Shown here: in pieces, positions 1-7,728 of the stretch
Numbering within the stretch: the first letter of the stretch is position 1
Layout of the letters: each line of letters opens with the position of its first letter
Assembly: GCA_020718925.1 (NCBI GenBank)
Contig: DYRC01000003.1
Span: 1-40,246 of the forward strand
Direction of reading: 5' to 3'
DNA length: 40,246 nucleotides
DNA from: Desulfonema limicola
GTDB lineage: Bacteria; Desulfobacterota; Desulfobacteria; Desulfobacterales; DYRC01
Position numbers and translations under genes: made by a program
The notes under the pieces: generated by a model
The model's database searches: none
Seen by the model: only the letters and a program-made list of their open reading frames with translations
What the model was told of the DNA's origin: nothing

Positions 1-22
1 AGTAAAAAAGCAGCGCTTTCTT

Positions 23-160
23 ATACCAAATCGCTTTCAAACTCACCTAACCCCCTGGCCCCCTTCCCTGAAAGGGAAGGGGGGAGACGTCGTCATCAGT
101 ACTCCCCTCTCCTTTCAGGGGAGGGTCCGGGGGAGGGGTGCTTTGATAGCGAATCGGTAT
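23..160. repeat. Composite imperfect palindrome: an outer ~19-bp inverted repeat enclosing two GC-rich hairpins. REP/MITE-like element and probable terminator downstream of the catalase gene.
   Basis: 23-41 ataccaaatcgctttcaaa matches the reverse complement of 141-160 at 16/19 positions. Inner hairpin 59-83 is cccccttccct-gaa-agggaaggggg (11-bp perfect stem). Inner hairpin 105-125 has a ~9-bp stem with one G-U pair. Confidence 0.5.
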
Positions 161-202
161 TACTCCGAAATCATGCTGACATGAACCACTAAGCCATTCC
201 GC

Positions 203-1659
203 TTATTTGGGCAATTCATCAGGCGAAATGCCAAGCGCGTCAGCAATTCCCTTTCCATACGCCGGATCAGCTTTCAGACAATTGCCGATATGTCGGAGTT
301 TGATCTCCTTCGGTGCTTCGGCAATGGCGCGGGCAGTATTTTCAAACAGAACTTTCTGCTGCGCCGGAGTCATCAGTCGGAAAAGCTTGCCGGGCTGTGA
401 GTAATAGTCTTCATCCTCACGATGATTCCAATGATCAGCCGCGCCTTCAAGACTGAGGGGCGGTTCGGCAAATTCCGGCTGCTGCTGCCATTGTGCGTAG
501 CTGTTCGGCTCATAACCGAGCGTGGAGCCGTAATTGCCGTCAACCCGCATCGCGCCATCGCGGTGATAGCTGTGAAACGGGCAGCGCGGGGCATTGACCG
601 GAATCAGATGATGATTCACGCCGAGCCGGTATCGCTGGGCATCGCCGTAGGAAAACAAACGTCCCTGCAACATTTTATCCGGTGAGAATCCGATACCCGG
701 CACAATATTTGCCGGATTGAATGCCGCCTGCTCAACTTCGGCAAAATAGTTTTCAGGATTACGGTTCAGTTCCATCACGCCGACTTCGATCAGCGGATAA
801 TCCTTGTGAAACCAGACTTTTGTGAGGTCAAACGGATTATAGGGACACTTTGCCGCATCTTTTTCCGGCATGACCTGAATGAACATTGTCCATTTGGGAA
901 AGTCGCCTTTTTCAATGCTGTTATACAGATCACGCTGATGGCTTTCCCTGCATTTGCCGATAATTGCCTCTGATTCTGCGTCTGTAAGATTTTTAATGCC
1001 CTGCTGGGTATGAAGATGAAACTTGACCCAGAATCGCTCGTTTTCGGCATTGATCATGCTGAAGGTATGACTGCCGAAACCGTGCATGTGGCGGTAAGAC
1101 GCCGGAATGCCCCGGTCGCTCATCACAACAGTAACCTGATGCAGGGCTTCCGGCAGAGATGTCCAGAAATCCCAATTGTTCAAGGCACTTCTCAGATTGG
1201 TGCGCGGATCCCGCTTGACCGCATGATTGAGATCCGGAAATTTCAGAGGATCGCGCAGAAAAAAACCGGCGTGTTGTTTCCTACCAAATCCCAGTTTCCC
1301 TGTTCAGTATAGAATTTGATAGCAAAGCCCCGTATGTCCCGCTCCGCATCTGCCGCGCCGCGCTCGCCTGCCACTGTGGAAAAGCGGGTGAAGAGTTCGG
1401 TCTTTTTTCCCACTTGGGAGAATATTTTGGCTTTGGTATAACGGGTAATGTCGTGGGTAACGGTAAATGTTCCGTAAGCCCCGGAGCCTTTGGCGTGCAT
1501 CCGCCGCTCAGGAATCACTTCCCGGTCAAAATGTGCCAGCTTTTCCAGAAACCAGACATCCTGAAGCAGCATCGGACCGCGTTTTCCGGCGGTCAGGACA
1601 TTCTGATTGTCAACCACAGGCGAGCCTGCATTGTTGGTCAGCTTTTTCTGTTCACTCAT
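203..1659 (-). pseudogene. katA: Monofunctional heme catalase (KatA-like, about 485 aa if repaired), split into two ORFs by a 1-nt frameshift in a homopolymer.
   Basis: ORF 1243..1659 encodes the catalase N-terminus ([22 protein letters not shown] ... VGNNTPVFF). ORF 203..1183 encodes the rest ([23 protein letters not shown] ... [14 protein letters not shown]). Adding one T to the T7 run (A7 on the + strand, 1259-1265) restores the expected [28 protein letters not shown] junction. Confidence 0.85.
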
Positions 1660-1714
1660 TTGTTTTCTCCTTTGTTGGTGTATTGGGGAATATAAAACAA
1701 TAATTGATATTTGA

Positions 1715-1729
1715 AGATAATTATTATTG
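1715..1729. promoter_or_regulatory. Fur/PerR-type 7-1-7 operator-like box upstream of the catalase gene.
   Basis: agataattattattg matches about 12/15 positions of the TGATAATNATTATCA consensus. It lies about 55 nt upstream of the catalase ATG (1659) in an AT-rich intergenic region. Confidence 0.45.
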
Positions 1730-1783
1730 AATATAGGATAAAAAAAATCGTGCTGTGTTAAAGAAGCGACATGTTTTCCGAAA

Positions 1784-2224
1784 TTATCTGTTTTTCTGAC
1801 ACTCAGAACATAAACCGAAGAAATCCAGACGATGGCTCGTAATTCTGAATCCTGTTTCTTCTGATACCTCTGCGGTCATATCGTGCAGAGAGTCTAAATC
1901 CGGATCAATAATGGTTCTGCATCTTGTACAAATCAGATGCGGATGCGGATAGGGCTTGTTGCCGTCATATCTGCTGCTGCCATCGCCAAAACCGATTTCA
2001 AGCACTTCCCCGATCCCTTTCAACAGAATAATGGTCTTATAGATTGTCGCAAGGCTTGTTGTCGGAAAATCACCTCTGACCTGCTCATAAATCCGCTCAA
2101 CGCTCGGATGCTCGGAACTTTCTGATAATATTTTCAATACAGCAAATCGCTGCGGGGTAATCCGCATTTCTTTTTCTTTGAGCTTTGCAAGCATGGTTTC
2201 AAGTCGTTTTTGCGGATCAGCCAT
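1784..2224 (-). CDS. perR: Fur-family transcriptional regulator, probably the peroxide-responsive PerR type.
   Basis: Fur-family winged-helix pattern ([13 protein letters not shown]...HPSVERIY) plus C-terminal CxxC...CxxC (CTRC ... CSEC). It sits directly upstream of catalase. Start moved to the ATG at 2224, which is preceded by an RBS-like ggaaagaaaagag. Confidence 0.8.
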   Translation of the reverse strand: MADPQKRLETMLAKLKEKEMRITPQRFAVLKILSESSEHPSVERIYEQVRGDFPTTSLATIYKTIILLKGIGEVLEIGFGDGSSRYDGNKPYPHPHLICTRCRTIIDPDLDSLHDMTAEVSEETGFRITSHRLDFFGLCSECQKNR

Positions 2225-2241
2225 CTCTTTTCTTTCCAAAC

Positions 2242-2272
2242 AAATAATGATTATCAATAAATAATGATTCAA
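2242..2272. promoter_or_regulatory. Two adjacent Fur/PerR-like boxes upstream of perR, suggesting autoregulation.
   Basis: 2242-2256 aaataatgattatca matches 13/15 positions of TGATAATNATTATCA. 2258-2272 aaataatgattcaat repeats a good half-site. Confidence 0.5.
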
Positions 2273-2318
2273 TTATAATATGAGAATTATCTGCTGTCAA
2301 GGTCTGTTTTTCAAAAAT

Positions 2319-4058
2319 TCAGCTTGCCAATCTTGTTGTCCTCTCACAGAGCCTGAACACGCTCACCTTTTCCACCAATTCCTCGGCAATCCGGGCGTGG
2401 CTGTTGTTCAGGAGTGCCATCTCGCTGACCGCTTTGCTGATCTGATCGATCCCGGCTGCCTGCTCGCCGGTCGCGGCTGCAATGGCATTCATAAGAGAGC
2501 GGATATGACTGCTGCCTGTCGTGATACGGGTGAATATGTCATCAATCTCGGCAATCAGCATCAGCCCGTGATCCAGCCGGTCCATTATATCGGTTATCAG
2601 AATGGTCGTATTTTTAACGGCTTCTGCGGAGCGATGTGCCAGATTTTTCACTTCAGCCGCAACCACCGAGAATCCCGCGCCGGATTCTCCTGCTCTTGCC
2701 GCTTCGATTGCCGCATTCAGTGAGAGCATATTGATCTGAAATGCAATATCATCAATGACTTTGACGATTTTCCGCATTGCCTGCCCCGACTCGCCGATGC
2801 TTTTCATGGAATCTGTCAACTGCATCATAGAACGGTTATGCAGGATAGATTGCTTTGCTTTCTCAATCATCGTATCTGATGATGCGACAAGATTATCCGC
2901 CTTTGCCGCGTTTTCCGCATTGTTTTTTGCCATCGCATCTATCTGGTTCAGCGAAGCGGAGGTTTCCTCAATATTGGTCGCCTGACGGATTACGCCGTCT
3001 GCCAGCGTATGTGATTTTCCGATAATTCCCCCGATCATCTGATGCAGGCTTGCAATCATGCGGTTCTGAACCTCAGCCAGTTCGCCGATTTCATCTTTCC
3101 GATTCATCTTCAGGGTTTGGGTCAGATCGCCGTTTGCGATACAGTGTGAGCATTCGCAAAGCTGCCTCAGATTGCGGGAAATGCGTTTGGAAAAAACAAC
3201 CGCAGATACGGATGCGAAAAACCCGAGAATGCTGCCCATAATCAGAGATATACTGATGATTTCGCTGTGAAGTCTGCGAACATCATTTTTGTCTGTAAAG
3301 TACAGCAGCATCAGATTCCGATTTTCCGGGTCTTCTGTGAACGGTCTGATGATCAGAATACCGTCCTGCTGACCGACTGAGTAATGATCCGAGTAATAAG
3401 AAAGATCGTGCAGGCGAATATCCTCTGCTTTGAGCATTTCCTGTGATTCAGCAAGAATATTAACAGCATTGTTCTTTTTATCAAGAATCGCAATCACAGC
3501 ATTTTTGCCGGAGATACGTTTCAAAAATTTCGCATCAATGTTTTTCTTCAGTACCAGTGTACCGATAAATGCGCTATCTTTGATGACAGGCGCGTACAGA
3601 ACAATTCTCAACTGATGGTCTTCTGTTATAATCCTTTGAAAAATTTCCTGATTTTTCCATTTTTCTTTTGCAATGAAAAGTTGTTTTTCAGCGCTCTGAG
3701 TTTCCGTGCTTGCAATTAATTGATAATTTTTATCATAAAACTCAATAATATCCGAATTGACAATCTTTTGCTGCAACAGGAGTTTTTTGTGCAGCGGCTC
3801 GGTTTCTTTGGTGAACCATGCAATTTTGATCAAATCAGATAAATTCGGATCCGATACGACAAAATGAGTATATTTGCGATACTGCTCGATAACAAACCTG
3901 AAATCTGCAACGATTTTATCAATATCCTGCAATATTCTTTCATTTTTATCAGATACGAGAACCTTTTCCGACTGAACGGAAAATACGCATACCATTGACA
4001 AAATCGCTGCGATGGACAATCCGGCAGCAAACACAGCCAGTTTTGTTCCGATTTTCAT
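2319..4058 (-). CDS. Methyl-accepting chemotaxis protein: two TM helices, a ~250-aa periplasmic sensor domain, a HAMP domain and an MA signalling domain.
   Basis: Conserved MCP hairpin region (IAFQINMLSLNAAIEAARAGESGAGFSVVAAEVKNLA). A HAMP-like segment follows the second TM helix. The track start at 4076 is GTG, so I prefer the ATG at 4058 (MKIGTKL). Confidence 0.9.
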   Translation of the reverse strand: MKIGTKLAVFAAGLSIAAILSMVCVFSVQSEKVLVSDKNERILQDIDKIVADFRFVIEQYRKYTHFVVSDPNLSDLIKIAWFTKETEPLHKKLLLQQKIVNSDIIEFYDKNYQLIASTETQSAEKQLFIAKEKWKNQEIFQRIITEDHQLRIVLYAPVIKDSAFIGTLVLKKNIDAKFLKRISGKNAVIAILDKKNNAVNILAESQEMLKAEDIRLHDLSYYSDHYSVGQQDGILIIRPFTEDPENRNLMLLYFTDKNDVRRLHSEIISISLIMGSILGFFASVSAVVFSKRISRNLRQLCECSHCIANGDLTQTLKMNRKDEIGELAEVQNRMIASLHQMIGGIIGKSHTLADGVIRQATNIEETSASLNQIDAMAKNNAENAAKADNLVASSDTMIEKAKQSILHNRSMMQLTDSMKSIGESGQAMRKIVKVIDDIAFQINMLSLNAAIEAARAGESGAGFSVVAAEVKNLAHRSAEAVKNTTILITDIMDRLDHGLMLIAEIDDIFTRITTGSSHIRSLMNAIAAATGEQAAGIDQISKAVSEMALLNNSHARIAEELVEKVSVFRLCERTTRLAS

Positions 4059-4076
4059 CCGAAAACCCTTTTCCAC

Positions 4077-5243
4077 CTAAAACTCAATAGCAATCTGTGC
4101 GGTCAGCACATCTGCTTTATCATCATTTTCAAATTCATCATGGCGATATTCCAGTGCAACAGATGTTTTATCGAATATATTTACGCTGACAACACCCATG
4201 TAGCGGCTTTCGGGAAAGAACTCCTCTGCATGATCCGATCCCTGATATGCCAAGCCGAATGTGGTCTCTTTGCCAAACATCTCGGCGGTATAGCCGATTT
4301 CAGCATTCCATGTGCTTGTTTTTTCCCCTGTAAAAACAGGTCCGATTCCCATTGCTTCCAATGCGCCCGGTAACAACTCCGACATATTCCATTCCGGTTC
4401 CTCAAGCATGGTGATATATTCTCCGATCAGCGTCAACTGTCCGAATTTGATGACAGCATAAGCACCGAGACCGGGTATGTAGTCCCGAAAAGAAAACGCA
4501 AGTCCCATACTTTCGGCATGGCTCTTTTCTTCTTCAAGAACATCTCCCCAGCCGTTTGAATCAATCAGGCTGTTGATGTATCCCAGCCCGATATCCATGC
4601 TGAAACCCTCTTTTCCCATCGTATAGCCCGCAGCAACACCGAAGTTGTCCGCATGATTATCGCCGCCGTCTTTATTCACATCTCCGTTGAACATATATGC
4701 CGCAGCATAAAACCCTTCTGATTTGAAACCGATTTCAACAGCCGATTCCCGTGTTTCACCCAATTCCAGCGTCAGCGGATCGGAAATCATATTGGATTTG
4801 AAATTGCCGAAAGGCACATACAGCTTTCCTGCCTTGAGATAAAGCGGCATGACATCCGCACCATCCAGCAGAATAAAGCCTTTATCCAGAACAACATCTT
4901 CATCGTCTTCGTATAAAAAGAGCAGACTTCCTTTGACATGCTTGGCAATATCAATATCAATGCCCACCTCCACTTTTGATAAAGCCAGATCACTGGTATT
5001 GTTGTCCTCCGCGTAGGGATCGGCAAAATTCATTTTTTCATAGCTTCCTTCTGCTTCGATAACGCCGCTGAAACTGATACGCTCTGCCCATTTGCCCGGA
5101 AGCGCTTTATCTTTCAACTGCTCCTCAATCTGCTTAACCCGTTCACTCAGATCACCACTCGGTGTTTCCTCGGCATACGCCGTGAATACAAGCGAAAACA
5201 CGCATACCACCAGACACAATACTGCCCTGTTCACTTTTTTCAT
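4077..5243 (-). CDS. Putative outer-membrane beta-barrel porin.
   Basis: Signal peptide (MKKVNRAVLCLVVCVFSLVFTAYA), alternating-hydrophobicity strands rich in G/Y/D, and a C-terminal ...IAIEF ending in Phe. An RBS aaaaggaga precedes the ATG. Confidence 0.6.
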   Translation of the reverse strand: MKKVNRAVLCLVVCVFSLVFTAYAEETPSGDLSERVKQIEEQLKDKALPGKWAERISFSGVIEAEGSYEKMNFADPYAEDNNTSDLALSKVEVGIDIDIAKHVKGSLLFLYEDDEDVVLDKGFILLDGADVMPLYLKAGKLYVPFGNFKSNMISDPLTLELGETRESAVEIGFKSEGFYAAAYMFNGDVNKDGGDNHADNFGVAAGYTMGKEGFSMDIGLGYINSLIDSNGWGDVLEEEKSHAESMGLAFSFRDYIPGLGAYAVIKFGQLTLIGEYITMLEEPEWNMSELLPGALEAMGIGPVFTGEKTSTWNAEIGYTAEMFGKETTFGLAYQGSDHAEEFFPESRYMGVVSVNIFDKTSVALEYRHDEFENDDKADVLTAQIAIEF

Positions 5244-5281
5244 TGACTTGTTCTCCTTTTTTATAAAAAATTATTTTCATC

Positions 5282-6169
5282 CTAAAATCCCTGCTGAAGC
5301 CAATCCATCGCAAGCCCTTTTTCAATCAGTTCTCTGCCATGAGGGCTTTTCATAAACGCAAGATATTTCTGTGCTGCTTCCGAAGATGCTGCCCGACTGA
5401 CCAAAGAAATATTTGCAAGAAACGGATATGTGCCATTTTTTTCAACTGCCCGTGTCGGAAAGATACCGCCGATTTTCAGAACTTTGCTCTTATCGTTGAG
5501 AAAAAAGCGCGGCGCCATAGTGATTGCCATTTCCAAGTCCGCAATTTTCTCAAACTGATTATCCGTAATTTCAACAGACATCACGGCGTGTTTCAGTCGT
5601 TCCCGATTCTTGGCAATTCCGGCTTTTTTGATGGCTTGCTCAATCAGATCATCGTAATTTGCGCCGCATTCCTGCCGATAAATGATGATATTTCTGTCTT
5701 TTCCGCCGACTTCTTTCCAATTTCCGATCTGACCTGCAAAAATCTTCAACACCTGTTCAACAGTAAGTTCGTTCACCGGATTGTTTTTGTTCACGATCAC
5801 GGAATAAGCCAGCGAATCCAATCGGGTTTCCACGATTCCGGCTGCCTGTTCCTCGGCAGTCAGCGGTCTGTGCAGCGTTCCGATGTCTGCTTTTCCCAGA
5901 CGAACCGTTTCAACGCCTTTGTGAACACCGGAGCAATCGTTGTTCATGGAAAACGCATAACTCGTCTCTTTTTTGTAAGGATTGGAAAATGTTTTCTGCT
6001 CCTCATGCCCGACCACCACGAACGGAAAAATACACCGCGATGTAACATTGACTGTTAATTCAGGCAGTTTAGGATTATCGGCAAATACTACCTGTGGAAA
6101 TCCCATCACTCCTGCCGCAGCCGCGCTCAGTTTTAAAAAATGCCGTCTGGTGCAAGACCTGCAATTCAT
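5282..6169 (-). CDS. Tat-exported periplasmic substrate-binding protein, PstS/PBP_like_2 (phosphate-binding) family.
   Basis: Twin-arginine signal (CTRRHFLKLSAAAAGVMG). PstS-family motif LTVEQVLKIFAGQIGNWKEVGG. Confidence 0.7.
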   Translation of the reverse strand: MNCRSCTRRHFLKLSAAAAGVMGFPQVVFADNPKLPELTVNVTSRCIFPFVVVGHEEQKTFSNPYKKETSYAFSMNNDCSGVHKGVETVRLGKADIGTLHRPLTAEEQAAGIVETRLDSLAYSVIVNKNNPVNELTVEQVLKIFAGQIGNWKEVGGKDRNIIIYRQECGANYDDLIEQAIKKAGIAKNRERLKHAVMSVEITDNQFEKIADLEMAITMAPRFFLNDKSKVLKIGGIFPTRAVEKNGTYPFLANISLVSRAASSEAAQKYLAFMKSPHGRELIEKGLAMDWLQQGF

Positions 6170-6247
6170 ATTTACCTCTTTTATGTTCGGGCTTCCGGCA
6201 AAACCCGGATCGGATTTCTGTCGGAAGCCTTAATAAACCAATTATAA

Positions 6248-6424
6248 TTACTCCGGTTTCTGATACGCATTGTAATGCCAGATGGAAAATCCGACCAGAG
6301 CGATGCCTGCCCATGTATGAATCTGCCGATTCGGACATCTTTTTCCCGCGCCGGTGAATACGAGCGCGGCAAGAGAAAATGTCATTCCGGCTTTTGCAAG
6401 GAATCTGATGTCGGAGCTTTTCAT
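6248..6424 (-). CDS. Small (58 aa) two-TM membrane protein, the last gene of the iron operon.
   Basis: Internal ATG at 6424 with RBS gaggaataat. It starts 1 nt after the upstream stop. Sequence: MKSSDIRFLAKAGMTFSLAALVFTGAGKRCPNRQIHTWAGIALVGFSIWHYNAYQKPE. The 94-aa track ORF upstream of this ATG overlaps the preceding gene. Confidence 0.5.
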   Translation of the reverse strand: MKSSDIRFLAKAGMTFSLAALVFTGAGKRCPNRQIHTWAGIALVGFSIWHYNAYQKPE

Positions 6425-6425
6425 A

Positions 6426-6767
6426 TTATTCCTCAGCCTCTGCTTTCTGACGCACTTCAGCCTGAACATCCTCGAATTTTTCTTTGAGTTCGTTCGCGCC
6501 GCTCTGCACCATATCATACAGCTTGATAGCACCTTTCATCACCGCTTTCTGAACCCCTTCATTGGTAACAAAAATCGCGGCGATAGCGCCCAGCGCAATG
6601 CCTTTCCAGAACTGCTGGCTGTGATAAAAAACAGCCGGATCATCATAAGCATTCTGGTAATATGCAGGATACATTCCTGATTGAGAAGAATGTCCTGCGG
6701 GTGTGCTGCATCCGCCATGCCCCGGATGACCCGAATGACCGGAACGATATTCACTGTAATCAGACAT
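6426..6767 (-). CDS. His/Gly-rich small membrane-associated protein with an amphipathic acidic C-terminal helix.
   Basis: N-terminus SGHSGHPGHGGC. Hydrophobic motif FWKGIALGAIAAIFV, shared with the C-terminus of the 7135..7704 product. Strong RBS ggaggag. It overlaps the upstream gene by 8 nt. Confidence 0.65.
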   Translation of the reverse strand: MSDYSEYRSGHSGHPGHGGCSTPAGHSSQSGMYPAYYQNAYDDPAVFYHSQQFWKGIALGAIAAIFVTNEGVQKAVMKGAIKLYDMVQSGANELKEKFEDVQAEVRQKAEAEE

Positions 6768-7116
6768 TTTCTGACTCCTCCTTTTTCGATACGCTTTTCA
6801 CTTTTTCAGAACCCGATTTTCCGACTGAATTGAGCAGATAAACCACAGAACTGGCAGCCGCAGCCATTACGACCACAGACATAAAACCGCCGCTGATTGT
6901 GGAAGCGGCAGCAGCTCCGACAGCCGTTGCCACGCCTGCTCCCGCGCCTTTTGCAAGACTGTTGCTGAGAGCCTGCTCCATTGTCATTTCATTGCTGCGG
7001 ACTTTGTGAAGATTCATGCCCAATGCTGCCGAACCTCCTACAACTGTTCCGAGAATTCCCGCGTTGAGAACATATTTCGGATTATACGATGATGACGGAG
7101 TGCTATATACTCGCAT
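6760..7116 (-). CDS. MamC/Mms13-like two-TM Gly/Ala-rich membrane protein.
   Basis: GILGTVVGGSAALGMN...(loop)...KGAGAGVATAVGAAAAS...GG resembles my recollection of magnetosome MamC (GILGGIVGGAAALAKN...KEAAGAGLATAFSAVAA...GGG). ATG at 7116 with RBS gaaggga; the track start at 7131 is TTG. Confidence 0.6.
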   Translation of the reverse strand: MRVYSTPSSSYNPKYVLNAGILGTVVGGSAALGMNLHKVRSNEMTMEQALSNSLAKGAGAGVATAVGAAAASTISGGFMSVVVMAAAASSVVYLLNSVGKSGSEKVKSVSKKEESENV

Positions 7117-7134
7117 AAATTTTCCCTTCAATTA

Positions 7135-7704
7135 CTAAGATTTGAACGCTTTGGTCAGTATCAGCGCACCCACCGCGCCCAATGCAATGCCTGTCCAGAA
7201 TCGGGTGTTTTGGCAGTCAATCCCGAAAAAGCTGCTGACAGTATTCATATCCGCCGCAGTTACGCCGCCGGTCATAAATCGCCCCATCATTTCCGATACA
7301 TGACCGGGACCATATTGCTGCTGATCTCCGCACGAGCAATGACTCTGCCCCTGCTTCGGATGACCGCCTTTCATGCCTGAATGAGACGATTGATTCGGAT
7401 AATATCCGCCTTGCTGAAAATTCTGCTGCATATCCGAGTATGGCGGCTGCTGATTCGCATATCCGCCCGAAGGTCCCATATTCATCTGCTGACTCTGATG
7501 ACTGGAGCCGGAGCATTTATGAGAGCTTTGCGGCGGCTGATTCGGGTATCCGCCCGGATGTCCCATATTCATCTGACCCTGATGACCACTTGCCGCGCCC
7601 TTCTGTTCGCCTGATGCGGCATCGCCCTGATTGTTCTGAAACGCTGCTTCCTGCGCCATAGCCTGTCCGCCTTTTTCAGAATGACTGCATGTTTCCTGTT
7701 CCAT
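7135..7704 (-). CDS. Gln/His/Gly/Pro-rich repeat protein with Cys/His clusters and a C-terminal membrane anchor.
   Basis: Repeats GHQGQMNMGHPGGYPNQPPQ and SHQSQQMNMGPSGGYANQQPP. HKCSGSSH and SHCSCGD clusters. C-terminal RFWTGIALGAVGALILTKAF. RBS aaaggag. Confidence 0.65.
   Translation of the reverse strand: MEQETCSHSEKGGQAMAQEAAFQNNQGDAASGEQKGAASGHQGQMNMGHPGGYPNQPPQSSHKCSGSSHQSQQMNMGPSGGYANQQPPYSDMQQNFQQGGYYPNQSSHSGMKGGHPKQGQSHCSCGDQQQYGPGHVSEMMGRFMTGGVTAADMNTVSSFFGIDCQNTRFWTGIALGAVGALILTKAFKS
7442..7587. repeat. Intragenic tandem DNA repeat: two ~58-60-bp units about 90 bp apart that encode the Q/H/G-rich peptide repeats.
   Basis: 7442-7501 ggcggctgctgattcgcatatccgcccgaaggtcccatattcatctgctgactctgatgac versus 7530-7587 gcggcggctgattcgggtatccgcccggatgtcccatattcatctgaccctgatgacc. 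Confidence 0.7.
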
Positions 7705-7728
7705 AATTCCGAATTTCTCCTTTTTGAT

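Noticed and set aside
6075-6372. Several 60-90-aa ORFs on both strands around the PstS-like gene start and the end of the small membrane protein gene.
   Set aside because: They overlap better-supported genes or the 78-bp intergenic hairpin region, and have no RBS or motifs.
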